The notes: generated from the letters alone by a model not told the origin. DNA of 64,000 nucleotides from Candidatus Uhrbacteria bacterium (GCA_020850575.1 JADZEJ010000002.1:238511-302510); one strand, 5' to 3'; counted from the first letter of the stretch, positions 10,354 to 19,810 are shown. Translations and numbers: made by a program.

Positions 10354-12836
10354 TTTGTTGGATTCATTTTTGAGATACGTTTTTTGATCTTATCTACTTC
10401 AAGCGCTTCTATTTTTTTACCAAAATGCTGAATCAAACGACTTGTCTCACGCTTAGCTTGAATAATTGCTTTTTGCAAATCAGTATCAATTTCTTTGATT
10501 TGCTCAAGTGCTTCATCTAATTCTTTATCCATTCTTCTATTGTACACCACTTTACCACGTTCAATACATGCTTCAATAAATAAGATTACAGAAATTCCTA
10601 AAGGATGATTCAGATACGGAGTAAAAACATGGATTGCAGAAAGCATCACAACGATCGTTATTCCTGAAATTCTGAGCCAGATATCCCATGAAGATCTCCA
10701 GACACGCCAAGCAATTGAACTTACTATCCACATCATAAGTGGAATCCCGATTATTCCAAATTTTACCCAATGTTCAAGCCAACCCCATTCGAAAGTACTC
10801 GTCGTATAAGTACCACCACTTTGATGAATAATCCTCGGATCCTTGGTTTCGTAGGTAACGGTTGCGCCAAAGCCAGAACCTACTATTGGATGTAAAGCAA
10901 TTTTTTGTTTTAACGAAGATAATAGGTTCCAACGGCTGATGACCGCAGCTTCTCCCCCATCGGTTCGATTTCCGATGACAGCAGAAAGAGAAGCCATGTC
11001 CACCGGTGGTAATGGAAGTATGACACTCCCAATTCCCAAACAAATTCCCAGGATCACCGATAAACTTATCCCACGTGCCGCATATTTCCATTGTTTTTTT
11101 GATATCGAACAAAATTTATACGTCAAACCAAATGCACACGCTACACCAACAACTGTTCCAAGCCAGAAACTACGCGAAAGACCCAATATGCCAACGGCAA
11201 CAGTACCCGCTAATAGCCATGAGATAGAGCGTTTTTCTAAAAAGAGCTGTCTTACACCTAAGACAACAATCGCAAATATGGAATAAATATGTGATTGGAA
11301 AAATATTCGAAAAAAATTTCCTGAAATTATTGTAATTTCGCCAACTCCGGTGCGTCTTATCCAAGGATACAAATATCGTGCGATTCTAAATCCGTGAGAA
11401 AAAATATACGATATGAGTAAGGTTTTTGCCACGATCCATGAAATCCCTATTTTTAAAACAACGATTACGTGTTTTTGAGCACGTTCTCCGTGTTGAGTTA
11501 CGATATCCAATATCGGTAAAAGCAAGATCCAAAATCCCCATGCATTCGCATCTTTCCAAACAGTAGCTCCATTTCCTAGCGCAATACCCCGTATGAGGGC
11601 AAAACAAATGACCACCAATAGACATACGTATGCCCAACGACCCTGTAAGAAACGTACCCAACTTGCTATTCGTTTCAATGCGTTACCCTCAGCCAGTATA
11701 TTCAAGCTCCAACCTACTATAAAAGCGACAAATAATAAGATACGAAAAGAAACTGTTTGCGGATGTTGACCAACAAATAAAATCGCACCCTTTGATCCGA
11801 TCAAAATTTCGAGCAGTAAAGCAGAAATGGCGATCCATGGTCTTTTCCATGCTAAAAATGCCACGAAGCTTGCTGCAATTACCGCCACAAGTGACATGGC
11901 GGTCGGATTAAATACACTTATACATGAAATAAATTCGATACTTAGCAATGCTGCCAACCAACGCCCCCAATATTGTCGCATCGCATAAATACTCCAAACT
12001 GCACCTTGCCCAATCGGTGCAATCATTCGGATTGTCCAAGCCTGTGGACCCGGATGCCATTTATCAAAATATTTTATGAGACTGGTTGTAAAATATTTTT
12101 GTTTACGTGGTTGAAATTCTTGTTCAAAAGATTTACCACGATGATGAATAACGGAAATACTTGGAATATAGCGAACCGTCCAACCTTTCTGTATGGCGAC
12201 TTTACAAAAATCAACTTCCTCCATCCAAATGAAATAGCGCTCATCAAAACCGAGTTTTTGCGTGATTAATTCACTACGAACTAAAAAACAAGCTCCCATG
12301 ACTTGATCTACATCCTGTTCCAGATTTTGATCGAGATCTCGTGCGAAATATTTTTGAAAAATTTTTAATTTTGGAAAAAGATGAACCATTTTTAAAACAA
12401 TCCCCGCTTGATCCAAAAAAGTAGGAAAGCGTCGCACTGATTCTTGAAAAGTTCCGTCAGGATACACCAATTTAGGTCCTAAAATTCCCGCTTCCGGATT
12501 TCGATCGGCTGTACGAACTAAATTTGAAAGACTCCGTATCGGACACTCAGTATCCGGATTTAAATACAAAAAATATCGAACATCCGCATCTTTTGATCCG
12601 AGATTACAAGCCTTGGCAAAACCAAGATTTTCGCCCGCTTCAAGAACTTGTATTCGATCTTGAGCGATTTCTTTTGAAACAGCTTTGGCGACAGCGACGC
12701 TATCATCCTTAGAAGCGTTGTCAACAATAATGCATTCCCAATCTAAGCCTTGGCATGCTTGAGGTATTAATTGTAAGCATTTTCTTAACAACTGAGAAAC
12801 ATTCCATGAAACAATGACGATACGGAGGTCTTTCAT
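10350..12836 (-). CDS. family-2 glycosyltransferase fused to an O-antigen-ligase/polymerase-like polytopic domain
   Basis: The N-terminus (IVIVSWN...DNASKDDS...YLNPD) is GT2-like. The remaining roughly 500 aa are multi-TM, followed by a C-terminal coiled coil. Confidence 0.7.
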   Translation of the reverse strand: MKDLRIVIVSWNVSQLLRKCLQLIPQACQGLDWECIIVDNASKDDSVAVAKAVSKEIAQDRIQVLEAGENLGFAKACNLGSKDADVRYFLYLNPDTECPIRSLSNLVRTADRNPEAGILGPKLVYPDGTFQESVRRFPTFLDQAGIVLKMVHLFPKLKIFQKYFARDLDQNLEQDVDQVMGACFLVRSELITQKLGFDERYFIWMEEVDFCKVAIQKGWTVRYIPSISVIHHRGKSFEQEFQPRKQKYFTTSLIKYFDKWHPGPQAWTIRMIAPIGQGAVWSIYAMRQYWGRWLAALLSIEFISCISVFNPTAMSLVAVIAASFVAFLAWKRPWIAISALLLEILIGSKGAILFVGQHPQTVSFRILLFVAFIVGWSLNILAEGNALKRIASWVRFLQGRWAYVCLLVVICFALIRGIALGNGATVWKDANAWGFWILLLPILDIVTQHGERAQKHVIVVLKIGISWIVAKTLLISYIFSHGFRIARYLYPWIRRTGVGEITIISGNFFRIFFQSHIYSIFAIVVLGVRQLFLEKRSISWLLAGTVAVGILGLSRSFWLGTVVGVACAFGLTYKFCSISKKQWKYAARGISLSVILGICLGIGSVILPLPPVDMASLSAVIGNRTDGGEAAVISRWNLLSSLKQKIALHPIVGSGFGATVTYETKDPRIIHQSGGTYTTSTFEWGWLEHWVKFGIIGIPLMMWIVSSIAWRVWRSSWDIWLRISGITIVVMLSAIHVFTPYLNHPLGISVILFIEACIERGKVVYNRRMDKELDEALEQIKEIDTDLQKAIIQAKRETSRLIQHFGKKIEALEVDKIKKRISKMNPTK

Positions 12837-13660
12837 AGACTATGTTTTATTCGAATCACTTGTTCAGCGTCGCGATAATTTTTTATTTCTTTCGGTATCC
12901 ACCCGATAATATGCCAGGGAAGATGATGAAAAAAACTTGGTAACCAGGTACTCATTCCCTTACCTCTTTTACGAGGTTCAATTTTATATAATTCTTTATC
13001 AATCCAAACTCCAATTTTGCCTTGTTTTGCCATCGTGAGCCATACATCCCAGTCTTGAAATTTCTTTAAACTTTCGTCAAAGCCGGGAAAAGCTGTGCGC
13101 CTTATCAAAGACGAGGTATGAATATAATTCGCTTGTTTTAAAAAATCTGGATCGAAAGTGCGAGACTTAAAAAGACGATTCCCCCAACGAAAATTTGCAT
13201 ACGCATATTCAGCTTCTGGATGATCTTCCAATGCTTGAAGGAAAGTCTCTAGAGCCGATGGCACCAATTCGGCGTCTGCATCCAGAAAAATGATGAAAGA
13301 TGCACGTGAGATGGCAGCTCCGAGATTTCGCGCAACCGGTGCTCCAGAGTTTTTTTCTAGTCGGATATACACAATGCGTGAAATATCTTGTTTTTTTTCT
13401 TCACCTTGAAACAATTTTGGATCGATTTCTGTGACTGATATTCCGTTTGTTCCTGTTTTGTGGAATACAGTTCCTGCATCTATCACTTCAGGAAACGCCT
13501 GTTTCACGAGCTCGAAAGGGTGATCATTTGAACCGTCATCAACAACGATCACTTCTTTTACGGGAATGGTTTGTTTTTTAAGCGCTTCAAGCGTGCGTCG
13601 TAAAACGTTTGTGTGATTATAGCACGGGATAATAACCGCGATATCCGCCGATTGTTGCAT
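12833..13660 (-). CDS. family-2 glycosyltransferase
   Basis: Motifs IAVIIPCYNH, VVDDGSND and FLDADA. I chose the ATG at 13660. The ORF track extends to 13705. Confidence 0.85.
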   Translation of the reverse strand: MQQSADIAVIIPCYNHTNVLRRTLEALKKQTIPVKEVIVVDDGSNDHPFELVKQAFPEVIDAGTVFHKTGTNGISVTEIDPKLFQGEEKKQDISRIVYIRLEKNSGAPVARNLGAAISRASFIIFLDADAELVPSALETFLQALEDHPEAEYAYANFRWGNRLFKSRTFDPDFLKQANYIHTSSLIRRTAFPGFDESLKKFQDWDVWLTMAKQGKIGVWIDKELYKIEPRKRGKGMSTWLPSFFHHLPWHIIGWIPKEIKNYRDAEQVIRIKHSL

Positions 13661-13662
13661 AC

Positions 13663-14748
13663 CTAAATAAGCTTTTGCATTATGATTTGCCACCGACTTT
13701 CCCAATCAAATTGCGACAGTACACGCTCGCGTGCATTTTTTCCAATCTTCGCAGCTTGTTCGGTATCAACGAGCAACGTACGAATCGCTTGTGCAACTTC
13801 CTCTGCACTCGTTGGATCCACAAGAATTCCGGTTTTGCCATCTATCACCGCTTCCATCGCGCCTCCTGAACATCCGGCAATTGTAGGTTTTCCTGCCATA
13901 GCCGCTTCAAGATACACGATACCAAATCCTTCTATATCATCAGCAGTTTCACGTGATGGCATGCAGAAAATGTCGCAAGCAAAAAACCAATCCCATTTTT
14001 GTTCATCGTTTGCAGAAACCCACATCACATCGACACCGACAGTTTTTGCCATTTCTTCCAGGCGTCCACGATCGGTTCCGGAACCGATCACGACATATCG
14101 AACTGATAACTCCGATTGAATCTTTGCCATTGCTTGAATGGTTACATCGATTCCTTTACGAGGAACAAAACGTGAAACCGTAAGCACGATTTTCATCTCA
14201 TCGCCGAGACCTAATTTTTTTCGCGCTTGTTTTTGTTCCTTCTTCTCACGCAAACGGATGCCTGGAGTTATTATGATCGATTTGACATTGTCCGGAGCAC
14301 ATCGTTCTTGCAAAAGGTTGGCCGTGGCCTGGCTATTCACGAAAAGCGCACGAGCTCGTTTACAGATCAAGCGTAACAAAAATCGTTTCCAGGTTGATGA
14401 TGCCAACTTTAAATCCAAACCATGAAACAGAAGACTATACTCTGGACCTCCGAATATCCGTGCAATCCAAGCAGCGAAACCGACTGGAAACACATGACTG
14501 ATTAAAACCTGCTCATCGGTTGCAATTTTTGTCCGAAATAATCGCACAAGCGGCCACCACACAGGCTTTTGTGTTTGAAACATTGGTAGCGCCATCACAT
14601 GACCTGGTCCATCCGTTTGATGTTCTTCTGGAACAACAACACGCATTCTACCAGCTGCCTCCTGCACCAATTCAGACACATAGCGCGCAACACCCCCAAC
14701 TTCTGGCGGATAATCAAGCGTCACAAGAACAAGACGTTTAAGAGGCAT
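13663..14748 (-). CDS. GT-B fold glycosyltransferase (family 4/1)
   Basis: Has the EGFGIVYLEAAMAGKPTIA motif. The MPLKRLVLVTLDYPPEVGG start is at 14748. The ORF track extends to 14805. Confidence 0.85.
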   Translation of the reverse strand: MPLKRLVLVTLDYPPEVGGVARYVSELVQEAAGRMRVVVPEEHQTDGPGHVMALPMFQTQKPVWWPLVRLFRTKIATDEQVLISHVFPVGFAAWIARIFGGPEYSLLFHGLDLKLASSTWKRFLLRLICKRARALFVNSQATANLLQERCAPDNVKSIIITPGIRLREKKEQKQARKKLGLGDEMKIVLTVSRFVPRKGIDVTIQAMAKIQSELSVRYVVIGSGTDRGRLEEMAKTVGVDVMWVSANDEQKWDWFFACDIFCMPSRETADDIEGFGIVYLEAAMAGKPTIAGCSGGAMEAVIDGKTGILVDPTSAEEVAQAIRTLLVDTEQAAKIGKNARERVLSQFDWESRWQIIMQKLI

Positions 14749-16195
14749 GTATTTTTTCAGGAATGCTGGCTCGACGAAAACTAAGAATTCGTCGAATATC
14801 AGCAACGGTAATCAGGCGAAAGAGAAAAGCTGCACACACCGCAACCGCGGCTCCAAACAATACCGTTGGTATTATTGGCATGTATTCTCCAACTTCATGC
14901 CATGCTATCCAAGATGCAACAGAAGCGAATGTTGTTCGAGTCAAAATAGAGGTATGGATTTTCCATCCACCAGCGTCTCTTGCTGTCAAAACGGCACCAA
15001 TGAGATACAAACTCCAAAAACTAAAAATCGCTGCCCAAGCAGCACCTATCGGTCCCATACTCGGAACCAATACTGCGTTCAATAAAACATTAATAAACAT
15101 GGTTGCAACCATGGCTGTGGTTTTCAATCGAGCACGATGTGATGCATTGAGTAGAGAGCCGATTGGAAAATCCAAAAAAATTGGAATTAATACCCATGGC
15201 AAAATTTCGAGGACGGGTATGGTTGCCAAATACGTATTACCATACAATATCTTAATCAAAAATCCCGCCAAGCCCGACAATCCTGCTGCTAATGGAAAAG
15301 AGACAGCTGCCATAAAACGTAACGATCCAACAAATGTTTCTCGTAATTCTTGATGCGACTGTTTTGCCCAGGCTCGAGACAAGGCCGGATACAATGCCGC
15401 TATAAACGTTAGCGGTAAAAACTGTAGGGCATAAGTCAGTTTATAAGCAACGGAATAATATCCAACCGCTTGTTCGCCGTAAAATGCTTGAATCAATAAA
15501 CTATCAACGTAGGAATACACTTTGACTGCAATACCTGCCACAGCAAAAGGCACAGCTTCATGCATAAGTGCCATAAAATCAGCTTTGATCGGACTCGTCC
15601 ATGCAAGTTCTAGTTTTTTAAATTGAACCAAAGCCCAAAATACATTCCACAAACTGCCAAGTAACAATGCTGCAACCAAAGCCACCGGACCAAGATCAAA
15701 ATATGCGACTGAAATTGCAACAATTGTTGTCAGAATTTGTCCGATTAACATGCCTATTGCTTCAGGTTTCAATTTTTCATGCCCTCGCAAAATTCCGTAT
15801 AATACAAGATGAAAAGTGTCTGCCGTCATGACCAAACAAGCTACGCCAATGGTTGCAAGTGTTAGCGCATCGACTTGCTTGAAATATCCGTAAGACAAAG
15901 CACATATAATAGCGATTGGTACCAAAACACATTTAGCCCGAATAGCGGCTGAAAGATAACGTACTGCCTGCTCTCTTTGTCCTGCAATGGCACGAATAAC
16001 CACTGGCGTCATTCCCAGGTCTGCTAACGTGACAAAAATAGAGGTCACGGACACGCCAAAAAAATAGACACCGGTGACCTGCGGACCACTCCAACGCGCA
16101 ACCAAGGTGAAGCTGATAAAAGCTAAAACCTTGTTTAAAGTAGTTGCAATCACCAAATAACTCGCATTTTTAGCGATAATTGCGCTTTGAGACAT
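14738..16195 (-). CDS. Wzx-like MOP-family polysaccharide flippase
   Basis: 485-aa protein with about 12-14 TM segments, first in the glycosyltransferase operon. Confidence 0.75.
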   Translation of the reverse strand: MSQSAIIAKNASYLVIATTLNKVLAFISFTLVARWSGPQVTGVYFFGVSVTSIFVTLADLGMTPVVIRAIAGQREQAVRYLSAAIRAKCVLVPIAIICALSYGYFKQVDALTLATIGVACLVMTADTFHLVLYGILRGHEKLKPEAIGMLIGQILTTIVAISVAYFDLGPVALVAALLLGSLWNVFWALVQFKKLELAWTSPIKADFMALMHEAVPFAVAGIAVKVYSYVDSLLIQAFYGEQAVGYYSVAYKLTYALQFLPLTFIAALYPALSRAWAKQSHQELRETFVGSLRFMAAVSFPLAAGLSGLAGFLIKILYGNTYLATIPVLEILPWVLIPIFLDFPIGSLLNASHRARLKTTAMVATMFINVLLNAVLVPSMGPIGAAWAAIFSFWSLYLIGAVLTARDAGGWKIHTSILTRTTFASVASWIAWHEVGEYMPIIPTVLFGAAVAVCAAFLFRLITVADIRRILSFRRASIPEKIHAS

Positions 16196-16258
16196 GCCCG
16201 TAGTTTAGCGGAAATATTGTATTCTTCCAAATTCTGTCAAAATCTGTAAAGACTATAC

Positions 16259-16287
16259 TTGACAAAAATATATACATATGCTATACA
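16259..16287 (+). promoter_or_regulatory. sigma70-type promoter with extended -10
   Basis: TTGACA (16259-16264), a 17-nt spacer ending in TGc, then TATACA (16282-16287). Confidence 0.6.
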
Positions 16288-16344
16288 ATATTTTCACCTT
16301 GTGAAACTGACTTTTTGGCAGATTCTCGAATGTGCCTAATAGTC

Positions 16345-16391
16345 ACCTACGGACGGCTCATAACACCAAACCAACCCCTAACTCCGTAGGT
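16345..16391 (+). promoter_or_regulatory. 5' UTR stem-loop ahead of the high-GC orphan gene
   Basis: ACCTACGGA (16345-16353) pairs with TCCGTAGGT (16383-16391). The RBS GAGG at 16395-16398 lies just downstream. Confidence 0.4.
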
Positions 16392-16403
16392 CATGAGGTC
16401 AAA

Positions 16404-17639
16404 ATGGTCATCAATTCTCCTTCACAGTTTCTCGCGGCCATGCAGCAGGTCAACCAGGTCGGTATTCCCGAGCTCATCGAAGCCGAAGCTGAGATGAAGT
16501 CGGAAGTCGTCGAGACCAAAAAGCCGGCTCTGCCGGTGGACATGCGTCCCGAGTGCAAACTCGTGACCTGCGGAGAGCGGTTCACGCCCCCCGAGGGTTA
16601 CATCGACGGCTACTGCCGCAAGTGCCATCCCGATGGATGGGCGTTCGCCGAAGATCGCAAGACCAAGGTGCAGGTGCCCTCGGTGAGGATCTGTAGCAGG
16701 ACGGACTGTCTCAAGGCGTTCATTCCGCCTAAGCAGTACCCCTTCGCCGCCAACTGCCCGACCTGCCACGCCAAGGACGTGGCGGAGCGCAAGGCTCTCT
16801 GGGCTAAGCGCACCGAGGAAGACCGGAGGCTTGCCGAGGAGCGCCGTGCAAACGGCGTGATCAAGGCGCGTGACAAGGAGGAAGCGAGGCTCAAGACCGA
16901 GGCCGCCAAGCAGGCGCGTCTCCAGGCTGTGGGCTGCCCATCCTGCAAGACCTGCCATCGGTTCTTCGAACCGGTGTACGCAGGTGCGCTGTACTGTCAG
17001 CCCTGTGCGCGCGAGTACAAGCGCAAGCAAGTTGAGGACTACGCCAAGGCCCAAGCCGATCAGAAGGCTCGGGCAGACGCAGATAAAGCGCTCGCCGAGC
17101 GCGGCATCCTGACGCAGAGCGAGCGCGCGCGCCGCTTCGAGGAGCTGAAGTCGCTCTTCGTCGCTGGGAAGGACATGCCGGAAGGCACGACCCTGACCCG
17201 GAACGGGACGCAGCTCGTCTTCGTCCAGCTGACGAAGGATACGCACCCCGATGGCTCGCCTAAAAAACTGAGCCTGTCGGGTCACTGTTCGCTCACCTCG
17301 ACCGAGTGCGCCGAGGCAGAGGCTCTCAAGGCCAAGGCCGAGGTCGCGAAGCGCAAGCTCGAGACCGAGCGCGCCGAGGCCGAGCGCGCTCGCAAGGTGC
17401 TCGAGGCGAAGAAGAAGGAGCTTGGCGAACGGTACCTCGAGGGCACACTGCCCGCAGAGGTGACTGCGCTGGTCATCACCGAGCAGACCGGAAAGAAGGG
17501 AGAGACCAAGTCTCTCCTCCGGATCAGCTTTGCGGACGGCAGCCCGTCCATCGACATGCCGGTCCCCGTCAAGGAGACCAAGAAGGCTAAGTCGAAGAAG
17601 GACGAGGGCGCCAAGAAGGGTAAGAACAACAAAAAGTAA
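16404..17639 (+). CDS. high-GC orphan protein with three zinc-ribbon-like repeats and a Lys/Glu/Ala-rich coiled-coil tail
   Basis: ATG at 16404 sits 5 nt after GAGG. Strong GC3 codon bias. Repeats are CKLVTCGERFTPPEGYIDGYCRKC, CSRTDCLKAFIPPKQYPFAANCPTC and CPSCKTCHRFFEPVYAGALYCQPC. The ORF track starts at a GTG at 16332. Confidence 0.75.
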   Translation: MVINSPSQFLAAMQQVNQVGIPELIEAEAEMKSEVVETKKPALPVDMRPECKLVTCGERFTPPEGYIDGYCRKCHPDGWAFAEDRKTKVQVPSVRICSRTDCLKAFIPPKQYPFAANCPTCHAKDVAERKALWAKRTEEDRRLAEERRANGVIKARDKEEARLKTEAAKQARLQAVGCPSCKTCHRFFEPVYAGALYCQPCAREYKRKQVEDYAKAQADQKARADADKALAERGILTQSERARRFEELKSLFVAGKDMPEGTTLTRNGTQLVFVQLTKDTHPDGSPKKLSLSGHCSLTSTECAEAEALKAKAEVAKRKLETERAEAERARKVLEAKKKELGERYLEGTLPAEVTALVITEQTGKKGETKSLLRISFADGSPSIDMPVPVKETKKAKSKKDEGAKKGKNNKK

Positions 17640-17665
17640 CAAAGGAAAGGAAAACATCATTCTTT

Positions 17666-17705
17666 AGGGGACAAGCGTCGTGCTTGTCCCCTTTTTCTTT
17701 TTTTA
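17666..17705 (+). terminator. rho-independent terminator
   Basis: AGGGGACAAGC, a 5-nt loop, GCTTGTCCCCT, then a T-rich run. Confidence 0.8.
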
Positions 17706-17730
17706 ATTTCTCCTGTTAGACTAGATTTCT

Positions 17731-17904
17731 ATGTGGACCGTAAGCAATGACATGCTTCTCGACATTAAACCGACACTTTCAGATCAAGAGGCTCTAGACA
17801 TGGCGACTGCGGTTACAAAAAAAGCAGTTGGTGAAGCTGCTTTGATTGATATTCATCGCATTCGCGCGAATAAAATGCGGGTGATCATCTACGTTCAAAA
17901 CTGA
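17731..17904 (+). CDS. possible 57-aa hypothetical protein
   Basis: Hand-found ORF below the track cutoff (MWTVSNDMLLDIKPTLSDQEALDM...VIIYVQN). Host-like composition and no recognised motif. Confidence 0.3.
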   Translation: MWTVSNDMLLDIKPTLSDQEALDMATAVTKKAVGEAALIDIHRIRANKMRVIIYVQN

Positions 17905-17927
17905 ATACGTTTCTTCATATTCAATAG

Positions 17928-18654
17928 CTACACATCTTTTTTTCTTGTCCAGAAACAAATACTCGGAAACAACTGTTCTTTTAAGCGAAGATCTGTGACT
18001 TTTTTTGAGATTTCCGCTTCAATATGAACAATCTCACGCATCAATTCTTCGTTCATATGACTTTTCACCAAACGCACTAAGTTTGGCATATTATTCCAAG
18101 TAACTTCTTCGATATCACATTGTTTTTCTAATAACGATTGAACCCATTCAATTTTGAGATAACGCGCGACTTTATACTCTGGAATAAAACGGATTAATGG
18201 CGTACCGCATAGACGCGTTTGAATCCATTCTTTTGTATTTGATGGATACAGCGCGTGTCCTAAATCATACAAGTGAATCACTTCTCCACCCACCCGTGCC
18301 ATCTTGACAGAAAATTTTAGTAACTATTCTAATTTTTTTACATGCTCAAGAACACTTAAAGAAAAAACAATATCAAATTGTCCTTGCAATGGCTGATCAT
18401 ATCCTAATCCTTGTTGAATACTTGCCTGAGTAAAAGACGATAACCTTGTTTGTGCTTTTCTTGCTGATTGTGGATCTGGTTCAATCCCAATATATTCGAT
18501 ATTTGAAAATTTTTGCAGAAGCTGCTCTGCGATTTCTGATGTACCACAACCAATTTCAAGTATTCGTATTGTCTTTCTATCGTATTTCTGTATTTTTTTG
18601 TATTTTCTCTACAAATGTATATTTTGAAGGTTTTGTTGGAAACATATTATTCAT
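17928..18654 (-). pseudogene. class I SAM-dependent methyltransferase, disrupted
   Basis: Motif I RILEIGCGT. The N-terminal MNNMFPTKPSKYTFVEKIQK is in another frame across an A7 run near 18591-18600. An in-frame TAG lies at 18324-18326 (LEHVKKLE*LLKFSVKMARVGGEV). Confidence 0.7.
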
Positions 18655-18700
18655 TAATACAACTTTCACGAAATCTAGGCTCACTGAAAAATAAGATACC

Positions 18701-19377
18701 TCAGCATTTTGAATTCTCGCTACTATTTTTTGAGGTATTCTTTGCTAAGACTAAAAAAGACAATCCTAACAAACTCGGAAATATTTTAGATAGTCGACGC
18801 ATTAGATACCCAAGTACTCTTTTATCCGTCCAAAATGTATTTGTAACTGTTCTATCAATTTGCCAACCTGTTTTTTTTAATAATTCTTTTAAAACTGTAT
18901 CCGTAAACCAGTACATATGACCTTTCTTAGGATGATTATTTTCTGGTACCCCCCAATAAGGACTTGTAAACGCGCCGGAAGTGAACAAAAATTAGGAACC
19001 GAAATAATAATTTGATCAATATTGCGGGACTGAAGAGTAGACAGAATTTTTTCTGGTTCAAGAAGGTGCTCTAACACGTCTAATAAAACCGCTGTCTTTA
19101 TTTTTTTATCCGGCAATATACCACTCCCAAAATCAAAAAATTCCGCATTCAATTTTTTTTCTCGACAAATATTAACGGAAGAAGCAGAAAAATCTACTCC
19201 CCATGAGTCTAATCCTATCTCTTTCAATTTTTGTAATAAAAATCCGTCTCCACACCCAATATCAACAATTGGCTCATTGTTTTTGTTTAACCATGCAAGC
19301 GCTTGTCGATGACGGAAAACTTCCAGCTGATGGTGCCGCTCCCAATATTGATCTTGAAATGAAGAAAGCATGCTCAT
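18701..19377 (-). pseudogene. class I SAM-dependent methyltransferase, frameshifted
   Basis: Motif I IVDIGCGDG and LLDVLEHL. The frame breaks in a T5 run near 18980 (..IIISVPNF | LFTSGAFTSPYWGVPENNHPKKGHMYWFT). Confidence 0.75.
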
Positions 19378-19420
19378 AATATATTTTTAGTATATCCCGT
19401 GCGATTTACTCGCGCAATAC

Positions 19421-19447
19421 AAAAAACTCGCATACTGTGAGTTTTTT
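19421..19447. terminator. bidirectional rho-independent terminator, probably the ancestral rpsI terminator
   Basis: A-run, ACTCGCA, loop TAC, TGTGAGT, T-run. It lies just outside attL. Confidence 0.7.
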
Positions 19448-19486
19448 GTTCAATATTTCGTTTTGAATATTGTGGATCTTGGCGAT

Positions 19487-19506
19487 TAACGCTTTGACCA
19501 CTAAGG
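19487..19506. repeat. attL direct repeat (relic copy of the rpsI 3' end)
   Basis: TAACGCTTTGACCACTAAGG matches 27885-27904 at 19 of 20 positions. Confidence 0.75.
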
Positions 19507-19633
19507 TTCGCGCGGTTCCTCTTTTCTACGGCCGCTTTCTGGCGGCCTCTATGTATGAAAATTACGTCTCAACCTTGACCCAAGCTTAGCTTGTAATACC
19601 TACTTGGTCAAGTAATCGGAATAAAAAGGGCTT

Positions 19634-19810
19634 CTAGGCAAGTTTCGCCAAGGTTTGACCCTGGCGAGCTTTGCGGCGATGGCGTTGGACGATCTTGTGA
19701 ACCGTTGTCCAATGGAGGTTGAATTCGCCAGCCACCTCCCGAATTGTACTACCCGATAAACATTTTCTCACGATTTGCAGATTCCGCTGCGATTTTTCTG
19801 GCCTGGACAT
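19634..19810 (-). CDS. possible 58-aa helix-turn-helix protein (excisionase or regulator candidate)
   Basis: Hand-found ORF MSRPEKSQRNLQIVRKCLSGSTIREVAGEFNLHWTTVHKIVQRHRRKARQGQTLAKLA. It has an HTH-like core and overlaps the integrase 3' end out of frame by 62 nt. Confidence 0.4.
   Translation of the reverse strand: MSRPEKSQRNLQIVRKCLSGSTIREVAGEFNLHWTTVHKIVQRHRRKARQGQTLAKLA

Noticed and set aside
16422-17660. A 412-aa minus-strand ORF, plus 16610..16948, 17282..17632 and others, antisense to the high-GC orphan gene
   Set aside because: These are typical shadow ORFs of GC-rich DNA. They translate as low-complexity L/G/R/A-rich sequence with no RBS. The plus-strand frame has the GC3 bias, RBS, promoter and terminator.
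18324-18326. The in-frame TAG in the methyltransferase as evidence of stop-codon reassignment
   Set aside because: TAG is used as a genuine stop by neighbouring genes, for example at 4067-4069, the functional rpsI stop and the DGR target. The same gene also has a frameshift, so pseudogenisation is simpler.
19380-19750. A tRNA or tmRNA gene as the integration target at attL
   Set aside because: I could not fold any cloverleaf in this region. The repeat instead matches the rpsI coding 3' end. I could not run tRNAscan, so a degenerate fragment cannot be fully excluded.
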